DNA of 64,000 bases. It comes from Setoptus koraiensis. Its lineage: Eukaryota > Animalia > Arthropoda. The notes under the pieces are model-generated. The model was not told the DNA's origin. It did no database searches and saw only the letters and a list, made by a program, of their open reading frames with translations. The stretch is taken from positions 6,324,001 to 6,388,000 of the forward strand of contig CM106586.1 of the NCBI GenBank assembly GCA_048013815.1. The letters are read 5' to 3'. Below are positions 46,685-59,818 of the stretch, one piece after another (position 1 is the stretch's first letter; every line of letters starts with the position of its first letter). The translations under genes were made by a program, and so were the position numbers.

Positions 46685-49600
46685 ATGCCCAATTATATTC
46701 AGCTAATTCTATTTGAGTTAGGCTGCCTCATACACAGAAATGCGGGTAAAATATTGTTTCGTTCCACTCTTATTATGATAACACTTTGTATAGCTTTGAA
46801 ATCGGTTAAAATTGAAACAAATCTAGATAAATTATGGATTGATAACGATGGTAGAGTTGGAAAAGAATTGGCTTACATTGAACAAAAGATAGGCTCCAAT
46901 TCCGGAACATCAAGTCAAGTTGTTATACAAACACCCAAGCAAGGGGAGGACGTTCTCAATGTCAACTCGTTTGTTATACATTTAACAGCTATGCAATTGG
47001 CTACACAAGTGGCCGTTGATATGTTTGGCAGAACATGGAATCTCAAAGACATCTGCTACTCGCCTAGTGTTCCAACATTTGATGGTGGTGGATTCATTGA
47101 TCAAATATTGGAAAAAATCATACCATGTGCCATAAAAACACCATTAGATTGCTTTTGGGAAGGCTCAAAACTATTAGGACCATACAATCCTGTGATGATA
47201 CCCCAACTCGGTTATGTAAAGTGGACAAGCTTAAATCCAAATGCACTTGTTGATACAATGAGACAAGCACAATTACACAACTCATTTGATTATAAGAATT
47301 TATTAGATTGGATGAAAAGATCAGGCGTCCACACGGCCTATCAAAACAAACCATGCCTGGTACCCTCAGATCCTAACTGTCCCATAACGGCACCAAATAA
47401 AAATACTGGCCAATCGCCCGATATTGGAGCAGAATTGACAAATGGTTGCTATGGTTTTGCTCAGCATCAAATGTATTGGCACGAAAGTGAGATTGTTGGT
47501 GGTGTTAAGAAAAACAAAACCGGTTTTATAACAAAAGCCGACGCGCTACAATCCACTATACAGCTTATGGCTGATCAGGAGATGTTTGAATATTGGAAAG
47601 GCAATTACATAGTCACTAATTTAGATTGGTCAGTTGAAAAGGCTAAGCTTGTGCTGGAGGCTTGGCAGAGAAATTTTAGCGAAAAATTAAATGAATTTAC
47701 AATGCAATCACTGGAAACAGAACCATTTGATGTGTACGCCATGACTTCAACATCAATCGATAAATTAATGGATAATTTCTCATCCATAGATTACCCCAAA
47801 CTCATTGGAGGATGTTTAGTGATATTTTTATATACATGCATATTTTGTCCCATCATGTGCCTTTCAAAATCTACAAGTAATGACATCAATGAAACAGTAG
47901 AACAACCAAGATCTTCACCAACAACAAAGAACGACATCAATCAAGATAGCTCGAACACATTCAACAAGTGGACTATCTACGAGAGAATAGCTACTATCGT
48001 TATGGCTTCTTTAGGACTAATCTACATTGGACTAACCCTGGCAGCATCTCTTGGATTTTGTGTACTTTTGGGACTATCATTTAATGCTGCCACCAGCCAG
48101 CTGCTGCCTTTCTTGGCTTTTTGTTTAGGATATCATGATCTTATGATTCTGTTTCAAGTTTTATCAAGAAGTACCCAGCAAGACATACACATAGACTCGT
48201 TGACAGGAGAGTGTTTAAGTGAGATGGGCCCTGGCATCATGATATCATCCATATCGTGTATCGCATCTTTTCTAGCTGCTTACATAATACCTGTGCCGGC
48301 TCTGAGAACACTTTCTCTTCAAGCTATTATATTCCTCATCTTCAATTTGATCTCTATAATGGTTATAATACCATCGATTTTCGACCTGATCTTACGTGCC
48401 AACTCCTCAAATGATACAAAATTGCAGATAAAAATAGACAAAGACAGTCAAATACTGTCCAGAATCAAGCACGATTTGATGAATGTACAGTCCGACTCTA
48501 ACAACATCACTTCTGATCAGCCATGCTTTGATTTTTCAGCTAAAATTAATTCTAATGGTGTGAGTACCACTGTCAAATGGTCTTCAAATAACTCATCAAG
48601 CAATAATGCAAGACGAAGCCATCAAGAATCCAATCATGAAGTTAGATATAACAGAAGAGTAAATATTCCAGAAAGTATAGACAAGCAACGAAATCCCTAT
48701 ACATTAGCATTACCGGATGTTGCACTTCCACAAAGATTCGCTCATAAAACTGATGAAGTAGAAGATGACAATCTCAATCAACCCCGAACAACATCCATTT
48801 CTCCATTAAATCTTAGTGTTTGTGATATTAGAGTTCCATCCGATAATTATAAGTCATCATGCACTGATGGTATGATAAGAGCGTTTGGCAAACTATTGGC
48901 TAGCAATGCCAAGATTCGTTTCCTGTTTATACTATTTGCTGCGACACTGTTCCTATTTATGGCAACAGGGATACCGGATTTAGAAAACAACTTGGAATTC
49001 TCTGACATGGTACCCAAGGATACGTCAGAGTATAAGCATATGACACTAAGGAGAAAATATTTTCCAATTTTCAACGCATTCGCCGTTACCAAAGATAATT
49101 TTGACTATCCTGCATCACAGAGGTTGTTGCATGAGTACTATAATGCTTTGAACAAGATAGATGGTATCGATAAAGATCATCGCGCGGTCTCGCCCAATTT
49201 TTGGTTGGTTCTATTCAGAGATTGGCTTTTAGATTTGCAAAAATCTTTCGATTATGACCGAAACATTTCAGCCATAAGTATTGATGGATGGACATCAGAG
49301 GCCAGTGATAGTTCAATTTTAGCCTATAAACTAATTGTTCAGACCGGTGACATAGCCAACCCTATTGACAAAAATCTGGTAAGTAAAAGATCACTGGACA
49401 GCTCGATTCCTATGCGATTTAATTTTGAATGATTCATACTAATGCTTTTATTTCGGTAATCATTTTATAGTTTAACAAAGCCAGGCTCGTTGACAGCGAT
49501 GGAATAATAAATCCCAAGGCGTTCTATAATTACATGACTGCATGGGTATCAAATGATGCATTCACTTACTCACTATCAGAAGCGAACTTTAGACCTGAGC

Positions 49601-50712
49601 CTGATCAACCTGAACCTTGGATCCATGATCCCAAAGATGTAGAGCTCAAGATACCTAAATCGAAGCCTTTAGTCTACGCCCAGAGTCCATATATCATAAA
49701 GATGCAAAGTACAAGTGATATTTTGAAAACGATTACGGACATACGAAAGATTTGCAACAAATTTGAACAACGTAGATTACCGAACTTTCCAAGTGGAATT
49801 CCATTTGCATTTTGGGAGCAGTTTTTTCAACTCAATTTCCACTTGGTTACTTCACTTTTGGTGACTCTGACTTCAATATTTATGATTGTAATCGTAGTGA
49901 CCTTGAATACCAGAGTCTCGTCTTTGGTCTTACTGGTGTCTCTGATCAATGTTACAGAGTTATACGGCATGATGGGTCTCGCTGCCATCTCTTTCAATGC
50001 GATTCAAGCCGCTGCTTTGACAATAGTCACTGGAATGAGCGTATCGTACTCGATCCACATTGTTACAGTAAGTATGGAGAAAAACTTCTGCGAACTTTTA
50101 ACTCAGTCTTCTTATTTCGATTCATGCTAATTAGACTCATTCCATTTCGTTTTAGACATTTATGATTGCCGAAGGTACAAGGGAACAACGTACAATAGAC
50201 ACCGTATCACGAACTTATGGACCGATTCTACGTAGTTGGATATGCGCGTCGCTCGGTGCATTTGTTATGATGCTCTCGCAATTCGACTATATATTCAAGT
50301 AAGTTATTTTCTGTGATTATGTTCTCAGATACTTACCCTAATATTAAGAACTACAGATTAACTAATATTGATGTATCTCTTCGCTCATATAAATACCCAT
50401 AGGTTCACACTAATTATACAAGGTTCGGTGGTTTTAAACGCAATCAACTCGTTGATTATAATTCCAGTTATATTGGCCTCGTTCGGCCCGAAAACTGTTC
50501 CGAATTGCAGTCATGAGACTGCAAGAGGAGCATCTATTACGGCTGAGATGAGGTACAAATTGAGAAATATGCCAACAAAACACTTTAAACGACGATCGTA
50601 TCCAAGGGTACAGTCGGAAATATCTTTATCAACGATCTCAGAAGAACCTAATCCTCATCAATCCCAGGCCAATGAAACGCATTTAAATACTATTACTATT
50701 AGATGTTATTAG
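46685..50712 (+). CDS. ptc: Patched (Hedgehog receptor, RND/SSD family); exons 46685-49378, 49471-50067, 50156-50298, 50403-50712
   Basis: IIPCAIKTPLDCFWEGSKLLGP, YQNKPCLVPSDPNCP, SFNAATSQLLPFLA, GIINPKAFYNYMTAWVSND, PNFPSGIPFAFWEQ. All three GT-AG introns keep the frame. The start may be incomplete. Confidence 0.95.
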
Positions 50713-51023
50713 AATTTGTTATTTTTATTTATTTATTTTAAAGTTAGATTTACAATTAGAACAAGAGAAACTAAAATGTATAGTTGAACTGACGCTCACT
50801 ATGTAACTAATAGTATTTATTAGAAAAGATCTCGTTGTATATATTTGATGAAAGTGTTTTATTAGTCATTGATTGACAAATTTAATTAATATTGAGATCA
50901 TTAATCAACTTTTCTATTTTTTTTCTTTTCTCAGCCTAACATGTTTCAGTGTATCTTTGTAATTTAATTGGGCTGGATAATTGATAAAGAACGGCGATCT
51001 TCAGTTAGAGAGGCTGTTAATTA

Positions 51024-51045
51024 TTAGTCATGAGTCATGAGTCAT
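51024..51045. promoter_or_regulatory. Tandem AP-1-type sites TTAGTCA-TGAGTCA-TGAGTCA
   Basis: Heptamer repeat giving two perfect TGAGTCA sites. Function is inferred only. Confidence 0.3.
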
Positions 51046-51220
51046 GATCGGATATAACTAGGCAGTTTCTGATGTAACATGATAATGTGCTGCATTCGTT
51101 GGTAATGAAATCAATGAATGCACATGTTTATTTATATGGTTTCTTCAGTGTGATGGTATAAATGAGTTCGGTGAGTACACTCACCATTGCACAAGTAGTG
51201 CACACGAAGAAAAGAAAGAT

Positions 51221-51622
51221 ATGGCGCCAAATATATTTGAATTTTACTTTCAGTTTTTTTCGTGAAAGACTACGCATGCGTCATCGAAATGGAATCTGGT
51301 ATATGAAGGGCGTGTCGAGTGATGGACCAAAACGCGCACGAATGCGAATGGAGATTCAATGGAATTCATTTCTAAGGACCGTGAGTGCAGTGTGAATGTG
51401 CGGCGTACATGAGCACAACGAGTCGATTCAATGTGTGTGCTTGAGTGTGTCTGTTTATTGTTCAATGGTGCAGCGGCAGTATAGCGCATTTCGTTGCGTT
51501 AGCAGAACAAGCGCGGACACACAAATTCGTCTAGAGGACCAAGTCTCCCGGCTAAAAATCATCGTGTTCTGCACATGAGCACAGAACGTAGATTTGCACC
51601 GCTTGTGCAAATGGCGCCAAAT
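51221..51622. promoter_or_regulatory. Two identical ATGGCGCCAAAT motifs (E2F/YY1-like) upstream of mof
   Basis: 12-mer at 51221 and 51611. The reverse strand reads TTTGGCGC (E2F consensus). Confidence 0.3.
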
Positions 51623-52135
51623 GGGCGTCCGTGTATTGTGTGGAGCACAGTGTGCGGGCAGCCAATACAACACGATTAATGCACCCTGTGCCCAAGTAAG
51701 AACTGTGCCGGCATAGGCCTCATTGTGCTTTCGAACGAATGCATCGGTAAAGGCGGCTTAGGATAAACAGTAGAAAGTGGCAGATTTGCTTGTCGCACCC
51801 TACACACTATATATACTATAGGGACGCTTGTATTCTAGCTTGTGCTGTGCAGTGTTCGTTGCTCAGGATGGGATTTTTCGCACAAGATGTCTATCGCATC
51901 GGCTAAAGTGTGTTTCAGCGTATTCGTCTTTGCCTACTGTTTAAGATACGTACCTTTCACAATGCTTTTTCGGAGCAAAGCTTTCGAAAAGCAGCATTCA
52001 AAAGCGTATATTTGAAAATAAATTAATAATAATATTAAGCGATATTGAGATTAACAAAAAAGGACTATAAATATTTAATAATCATTTGTCCGATCAAGAA
52101 GCCTCTGAACACATTATTACATTATTATTAACATT

Positions 52136-53404
52136 ATGGAGGTTGGAGCACGATATGTCGTTATGAGAATAGATGGCACGTGGCACGAGGCAGAAATTCT
52201 TGAGATCAGAGACCAGCCACGAAATCCTCCCCATTTAAAAACAGAATATTATGTCCACTATGATGGATTAAATAGGCGCTTAGACGAATGGGTTACAATA
52301 GATAGATTTGATTTAACGAGGCAGCCACGCATAACTAATGGCGAAAGCTCCGGAGAGTGTACACCCACAACAGATTGCGGAGAAAGTAGAAAATTAACTA
52401 GAAACCTTAAAAGAAAACATGACGAAATTAATCATGTGCAAAAATCTTTCGCCGAAATGGACCCACAAACGGCCGCTTTAGAACGTGAACATGAGGCTAT
52501 CACAAAGGTTAAATATGTCGATAAAATACAATTTGGCAAATATGAAATTGATGCCTGGTATTTCTCACCTTATCCAGACGAATATGGTAAACAACCTAAA
52601 TTATGGATATGTGAATATTGTTTAAAATATATGCGTCTAGAAAAATCATACAGACATCACATGGCCATGTGCAGCTGGTCTGGCCCGCCAGGAACAGAGA
52701 TATATCGCAAAGATTCTATTAGCGTCCATGAAGTTGATGGCAGAGACCATAAGATCTATTGTCAAAATTTATGCCTATTAGCTAAACTATTCCTCGATCA
52801 CAAAACACTCTTCTTTGACGTAGAGCCATTCTTATTTTATATATTATGCCAAGTGGACAAACAAGGCTCACATATTGTAGGATATTTTTCGAAAGAAAAA
52901 GAATCATTAGACGGAAACAATCTTGCTTGTATACTAACATTACCCCCTTACCAGCGAAAAGGCTATGGCAAGTTTTTAATAGCTTTCAGTTATGAGCTAT
53001 CTAAAATGGATCAAGTGATTGGATCGCCAGAGAAACCCTTGTCGGATTTGGGAAAACTAAGCTACAGAAGTTATTGGTCTTGGGTTCTGCTGGAGGTTCT
53101 TAAAGAATTCAGTCAGGTGCGCTCATTGCAACAGCTTTCAATCAGAGATCTTAGTAATATGACTTGCATAACGCAGGGCGATATTATATCTACATTGCAA
53201 TCCCTCAGCATTATTAAATATTGGAAAGGTCAACATGCCATCTGTGTGACGCCCAAAGTTATAGAGGAACACCTAAAATGTGCTCAGTTTGAGAGACCTA
53301 AAATCATGGTAGATCACACATTAATTAAATGGACGCCCCATAGGAAGGTCTACAAAAATGGGAATGGCACTGGCAACGGAAATGGTTATGGTAAAAAATG
53401 TTGA
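52136..53404 (+). CDS. mof: MYST histone acetyltransferase KAT8/MOF, intronless, 422 aa
   Basis: Chromobarrel ([16 protein letters not shown]), [15 protein letters not shown]2HC finger, [10 protein letters not shown] and [20 protein letters not shown]. Sequence is KAT8-like rather than Tip60-like. Confidence 0.95.
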   Translation: MEVGARYVVMRIDGTWHEAEILEIRDQPRNPPHLKTEYYVHYDGLNRRLDEWVTIDRFDLTRQPRITNGESSGECTPTTDCGESRKLTRNLKRKHDEINHVQKSFAEMDPQTAALEREHEAITKVKYVDKIQFGKYEIDAWYFSPYPDEYGKQPKLWICEYCLKYMRLEKSYRHHMAMCSWSGPPGTEIYRKDSISVHEVDGRDHKIYCQNLCLLAKLFLDHKTLFFDVEPFLFYILCQVDKQGSHIVGYFSKEKESLDGNNLACILTLPPYQRKGYGKFLIAFSYELSKMDQVIGSPEKPLSDLGKLSYRSYWSWVLLEVLKEFSQVRSLQQLSIRDLSNMTCITQGDIISTLQSLSIIKYWKGQHAICVTPKVIEEHLKCAQFERPKIMVDHTLIKWTPHRKVYKNGNGTGNGNGYGKKC

Positions 53405-53408
53405 AAAG

Positions 53409-54649
53409 CTAGCGATCATGCACGAAGCCTTCATTGTCATACTCCAGGTCAGGTTGCTGCTTTTTGCCTTCGGCAACAATTTCGTCTTCATGATCGATGG
53501 GCTCATCCCCATTGAATCGGGTCTCATCAACTTCGTTTACATTTTCTGTGATCTCTGACAATTTGGGCATGGTAGAAGACAATCTATCGCATCTTATTTG
53601 AGGACTATTACTTGGATAAGTCTCTTGTGCCGTACCCATTGACACTAGTGGAATACTATCAGATCTAATATGACTAGTTGGTGTAACTTGAGCTTGATAC
53701 TGTTTAGATATACTTCCAAATTCATACGAGGAAGTTCTTCTTGGGTTGATGAACGTCTCGTCATGTGATGGATGATATGTAGAATTTTGAGATGCCATTC
53801 CCTCGCTACTATCATCATCTTCTGTTTTTATGAGACCTCTCTGTTGATAGAGTATTAACATTATAGCCACAATGGCTGAGAGGACAACACATATACTAGT
53901 AAGAACAGCCACAAGAATAGTCTGCCAAGTAATTTGATTACAATCCTTGATGGTCAAAGTGAATTGTATCGCGTTGACCGCCAAACGCCTATCTCTGGCT
54001 GTTCCTGATTCAATTGTTTTGATGACTTGTAATTTCAAACTAGTCTCCGATTGCTTTAAGCTGGCAAACAATTTGATTTCGTTATCCTTGGTTATATTGA
54101 AACTTTCAGCAAACTCGCCTAATAACATAACCGTCGATATCGAAGTAAATCAAGAAGGGTATTACAATAATATTAGAAGCTTAAAGTTGAGGCTATTGTC
54201 CCGGACGATATTTAGTTAAAATGAGGAAAACAAGCAACAGTCAGCGCTAAACCAAAGAATGAAGTTGTTCTTGTTAGCAAAAAAGAGGAATAGCTGTTCA
54301 ATCATCTAATCTCAGTCCAGACCTGACCGCCCTGAATTTTCATCATGAATGTCTCAAATTTTGACTACGAGTATATACCTTGCAAGCAGAAAAATATACC
54401 ATTGTCAAGAGGTGTTGGAGTGACTTTGATCGCGTAAATTGAAATAGGAACTGTTTCGTAGTCGCATACATCTCTCTTCTCCATGAAAATGGGTAGCTCC
54501 GGGCTTATGAAATCTGTCTCGTGACACAATGTGGAGGATGGGTTTTCCGATGCTATAACGCTGGCTATGTATAATAAGTTTGTGCAGGAAAGCAATACAA
54601 ATATATAGTTCCGTCGCAGAGTAGCTCTAGGCGTTAATATTAGAGACAT
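53409..54649 (-). CDS. Type I membrane protein with a cadherin-like ectodomain; exons 54649-54400 and 54118-53409
   Basis: Signal-like N-terminus and a DYE motif. Phase-1 splice gives LDN-GEFAESFNI. TM segment ILVAVLTSICVVLSAIVAIMLIL, then a cytoplasmic tail ending YDNEGFVHDR. The cadherin assignment is tentative. Confidence 0.6.
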
Positions 54650-55212
54650 AATTACCAAATTACCAGTTTTTTGTGGGTTACTCTGTATTCTCTTTAGTAA
54701 CATTTCGGCAGATGTGACGTTTTCTTGGTGTAGCATAGCTCTCTTGCAGCTGGAAAGGGGGGTAGGGGCCGAGTCATCATCATTTTTCACAAGCAAAAAA
54801 TATCTCGCCCTGATCGCTGCAATAGAACAAATAGTGGGGAAAGATTTGTTTTTATCTCTTGCGCGCAACTGAGCGCGTAACTCAAAGTTATCGACTTTCA
54901 TATGGTCAACAACTTGTGTGCGCATGCGGGGAAAAAATAGATTTGTCCCTTGACGTGATTTATAGCGATTGTGTAGAGCAAGCACATAGACATAGCATAC
55001 AACGGGGGCCGCGTCACTCGTATAATCTACAGCATTATATTCGGGTGTTGTGTTTCTAAAATGCCAGATTGCCCCCGCTAATCAGTACTAATACTATTGA
55101 GTATGTTATGCTAACAAGTGGAGTGTATAGTCCATCTTCAACCTCAGCCCAATCATCTATCACAATACACATTTATTGCTATATTGATACTATTACCACA
55201 CTAGACTATCAA

Positions 55213-55247
55213 TATTATTATTATTACTATTATTATTATTATTATTG
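55213..55247. repeat. (TAT)n microsatellite
   Basis: tattattattattactattattattattattatt. Confidence 0.9.
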
Positions 55248-56679
55248 TTACATTAATTACATACTATTAATAAATACTATGTTGTGTATATAAATTTATA
55301 TAGAGAGAGTATTAAAATCTTATATCAACTTTCAATTTATCTCATGACGATCTACACACATACACACATGTTTACTCATCATTTGCAGAGACTCCGGCAT
55401 TTTTATCTCATTCTAAGCTCTCATATCTATTTATCTGTTTGGATGACAACCATTGAAATATAGTCAACAATTATCAGACCATAGCTTTATACTGATATGG
55501 ATCACAATCACCACCACAATCTGTGTTGCAGCAGCAAAATAACTTAGCGACTATAATATTACGTGGTGCTTTATAAACATTCATATCTATGTATATTCAT
55601 CTTGGATTGCCACATGAGCCACCCCATATTATTATTACTATTTATTAAATTTGTCATTTGCACAATAATCATAATGATTTAGATGAATCTCATCATCATG
55701 ATTATCAGCTCAGACTATTACTACTATAACTATTACGCTCGCCAGCCAATCACACACAGCTACTATTAGACACATTGTCAGACCAATGATCGGCCAAGTC
55801 TTCGTCTGACTAGTATACATTGATATATTTATATGGACTAACACTATTACAACCATATAATTGTTGTCTGCTTCTAATTTATATCATACTGACAAGCACA
55901 CATATAGGCAGACTCTATCATATTTACTAATAATACTCAAGCTTCTAACAACACATTTTCCCTCTCCTCCCTGTAGAGAATTTATGGTGGTGGTTTGAAG
56001 CTATCTAACATAATGATGATACCGTCACTAGTAATTTTTCGTTGAAAAGTAGTGCTAGATTTGTTTCAACTGAGTATCATAACTTTACATGATTTAGGGT
56101 TGGAACTGACAAGCCTACTTCTTATCGATTAAAAAGTAACATTAGAATGTGCACTATACAAAAATTTGTTGTTATCATCATATAGAGCTATAAGCATAGC
56201 TGATTGTACCTCCCAACAAGCATATTCTCACTTCAGACACATCAAAAAGAGACGCCTAAGGTCGCAACCAAATTCGTAGACCAGACAGTTGGAATGATTT
56301 CTATAATATAACAGTCAAATTATATATATATAAGTTTATTACAATTGTGTGCTTGTCAAAGACAATTCACAACTGGTTACATCAACTTTTTCAAGATATG
56401 ATAAAGTTCACACATGAAAAAATATTTTATTTTAATTTTTCAACAAGTACCTAATAGTGTGGCATAATACCAAATAAGAAATAAGATGGAATCTTCTCTA
56501 TGCATATACAAGGGAAAAGTGAGTAAAATAGTAGATTATCACTACTGTTACAGAAACATCACTTCTATATATGTTGAGTAGCAAACACTTACACACGACA
56601 ACATCCGTTTTTCTTTTGCAAACAACTCATAAATGTAATAACAAAGATTCAAGAAGCATTCAATCTCGTACAATTCGGT

Positions 56680-58921
56680 ATGAATACTGAGTACAGGTTG
56701 AAGGCTATACAATATTGGAATGCCGTCTCTGAGCATCTTCAAAATCTTGTCAATCCTAGCCCAAATGTTTTCAATGCATTAAACTCTGATGATGGAAACG
56801 GCCACTCAGAAAACAGCAACGAACAACATTCTGCGATGAATTCTAATCAATCACAAGTTGCTCTGTCTCAGTTGGGTTCACAGGTCTACAATATTGTATC
56901 CAACAATATAACTATGGCTCGTAACTCTAATGATCTATTCTTCAATGAATATTTGACTAGTGAAAATACAGACTGTACGGGCAATAAGCTTGCCTCCTCT
57001 TCCGATGGGCAATCTATGTCGAAGAAAGAAAATTCTGTCGATAATATCAATCACGGAGACTCTGTTTCGCCCGATAGTGCCAATGATGAAAACTTGATGC
57101 ATATCGTGGAGCAAACTATAGAAGATCAAGCTATTAAGGATTCAACAAATGATAGTGCAACAACTATGACGACATTTACTTCAAATCCTTTGATCTCTGT
57201 GTCGCAATCTAATCAAGCCTCAACTAAAACACAGACAATGATAGTGTCAACAGATAACAATAACTTGGCTAACAATTTGAATTCAACGTCAAGTTCATTG
57301 ACTGATGCTTACATGATTGAGAACTCCACGATCTTGCCTTCCAATATTACTATGGACTCCAATGGTATCTTGATTGGTACTTCGAGTAGCTCACCCGTTT
57401 CTAGTCCATCGAATGAGGTTCAAAGAATAGAACCGATATCTACTGCTCAACCTTTGGGTACGGATAACATCAATTCCTTAGCCAATCATTCTCTGATAAG
57501 TGTTGATGCTACCCGAACATTTCTATCAAGCGGTAACAATCATATGGTTACTGAAATGTCTGACTCATCAACTTTACATGCTCGAGCCATTAGAGCTCAT
57601 CCTCCACTCGTTCCACCAATGATTAATAACTCTATGCAGAATCAAGCTGTTGTATTAAGTCATGCCAGTCCCGTGCAAACTTATCAGCCTGGTGCCTTAC
57701 ATCATCAACTCCAGCCTTTGAATGGTTACGACCATCATATTGCAGTCCAACATAGTCGTCCTTTACAGCAACATCAAATGATAAATTATGAGATGGTTGG
57801 CCTGAATCCAGAATACAACTATATCCAAACTTTTTCTTGTGATATCTGCGGCAAACAATTGGACAGTTCCGAAGATCTCGCGATGCATAAAGCATTACAC
57901 AGTCCCGAAGATAACAATCTTGATACGAGTTGTCGCGTTAGAAATACACTAGATGGCGGGGTTACAGATATTTCGAATGGCTTGGCTCTAACTGCTAACT
58001 TTTCCACCAATGCCCAGAATCAGCATACTTGTGATATTTGTGGAAAATCGGGATTTTCAACCAAAGGAAATCTTAAGAGACATCTTAGGGCTCATTCAGG
58101 AGAAAAACCTTTCAAGTGTGAATACTGCGACTCGAGATTTACAGAGAAGAAAAGTTTGAAGATACATTTGCGTAGACACACGGGTGAGAAACCCTACAAG
58201 TGTGACATATGCGGGAAACTGTTTTCACAGACAGGTGTCTTACAATCGCATATGGCATTGCATCTCAATGAGCGTAAATTCGGATGCAATCTATGTGGAA
58301 AGGCCTTCCGACAAAAGTCTCAGCTTAAGTTACATATTATGCGACACGAAGGTGTGAAGAGACTTGAATGCTCAACTTGCTCAGCCAAATTCCTCACAAA
58401 AGGTGGGTACTATTTGCTGTTCAGATGTATCATCAATATGCAGCGATTATCCAACATCATCAGTATCTAACTCGTGCTACATTCTGTATTCAGGTGACCT
58501 GGAGAGACATTACAGGATCCACACTGGGGAGCGGCCATACGAATGTAAGATATGCAAGAAAACGTTCACTCGGCAACAATCGTTGAATGAGCATCTCAAT
58601 AGGCATTATGGGTATGTATGCTTTAGACTAATTTTTACCTTCAACTTCACTCGGTAGTAGAATTGGAATTCACCCATATTGTATCTAATCCCATCCAGGA
58701 CTAAGCCATATTCTTGTCCATCCTGTGACAAGACATTTTCTGAAATGAGCGCTTGCTATAAAGTAAGTACCTTAGATGTTATTTGTATATTTAAACTATC
58801 ATGATTATATCATAATGTACGATGTTTGCTACATACTGTTAACTCTACTCTGATCATTTATTTATTAAAATTACAACTCTAGCACGCAAAGATACACAAG
58901 AAACAGGAAACAAACCAGTGA
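56680..58921 (+). CDS. C2H2 zinc-finger transcription factor (8 fingers); exons 56680-58402, 58494-58611, 58699-58762, 58883-58921
   Basis: One isolated finger plus seven tandem fingers with HSGEKPF/HTGEKPY/HTGERPY linkers. Three GT-AG introns keep the frame. Confidence 0.93.
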
Positions 58922-59818
58922 TTACACTATGGATGATAACTTAATGGATGTTTCTGCCTTTCATACGCTGCTAAATTATCCCATAAACTCGATCGTAAGA
59001 GCATAGTCAATTACTTGGAGTTCTTTAGGTTTCATGTGATAGCTATCGGGATAGCCTAAACCGGACCTCATCGGATAGGCGAGGACTATAAATTCGGTCA
59101 CTTAAGTAACTAAAATAAACACGAAAATGGTTTTTTAAAAATGATACGATAACATAACCCACTTGCGAGTTATATATTTATATATATACGCATGCATTAT
59201 ATATGTCAATGCTAACCCTATAGCCTTGATTTTCAAACGATCAATAATAGGCAATAGCTCACATGAAGAATTGGAGGATCGCAAAAAGAAGCAAAATTGA
59301 AATACATGATCTAATTATAAAAGTTAGGCTTATAATCCCAGCTACGAATCATTACAATTTATTCTTCCATGATTGCTCCTGTATACAATGTCAAAGACAA
59401 AAAGCTTCACACATCAAGAGTGAGGTGGCGCATATCTATTATCAATCTCGTTGCAAAGAAGGTTTGCTATAACTTACTGGTTATTTATATGGGTATTTAT
59501 GACTATATAGATAAGTATCCGCCCTGTCGTTTGATCAGTATCAATGATATCCATGCCAATTTGTATCGAAAATGATTGAATCGAGAACATGAACCTTACT
59601 TCACATAACGTATCATGGTGATATCCATGTTAACTGTAAAAAAGTAACATGACTATTGCATATGTCATTTTTCATCTGCTCCAAATCAGGTCTCGCGCTA
59701 CCCTTACTACCTCAAGACAAGATCTAAGTCATATGTGTTGAGACATAGGATTGTTAAATTGATAACTTCCAGGTCAGTAATTTCAGTGAATCTTTGTGAA
59801 ATGGTCGGTTTGGTTCAA

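Noticed and set aside
54650-54985. N-terminal extension of the 206-aa ORF
   Set aside because: Starts at TTG, and the signal-like segment follows the ATG at 54649; treated as upstream sequence.
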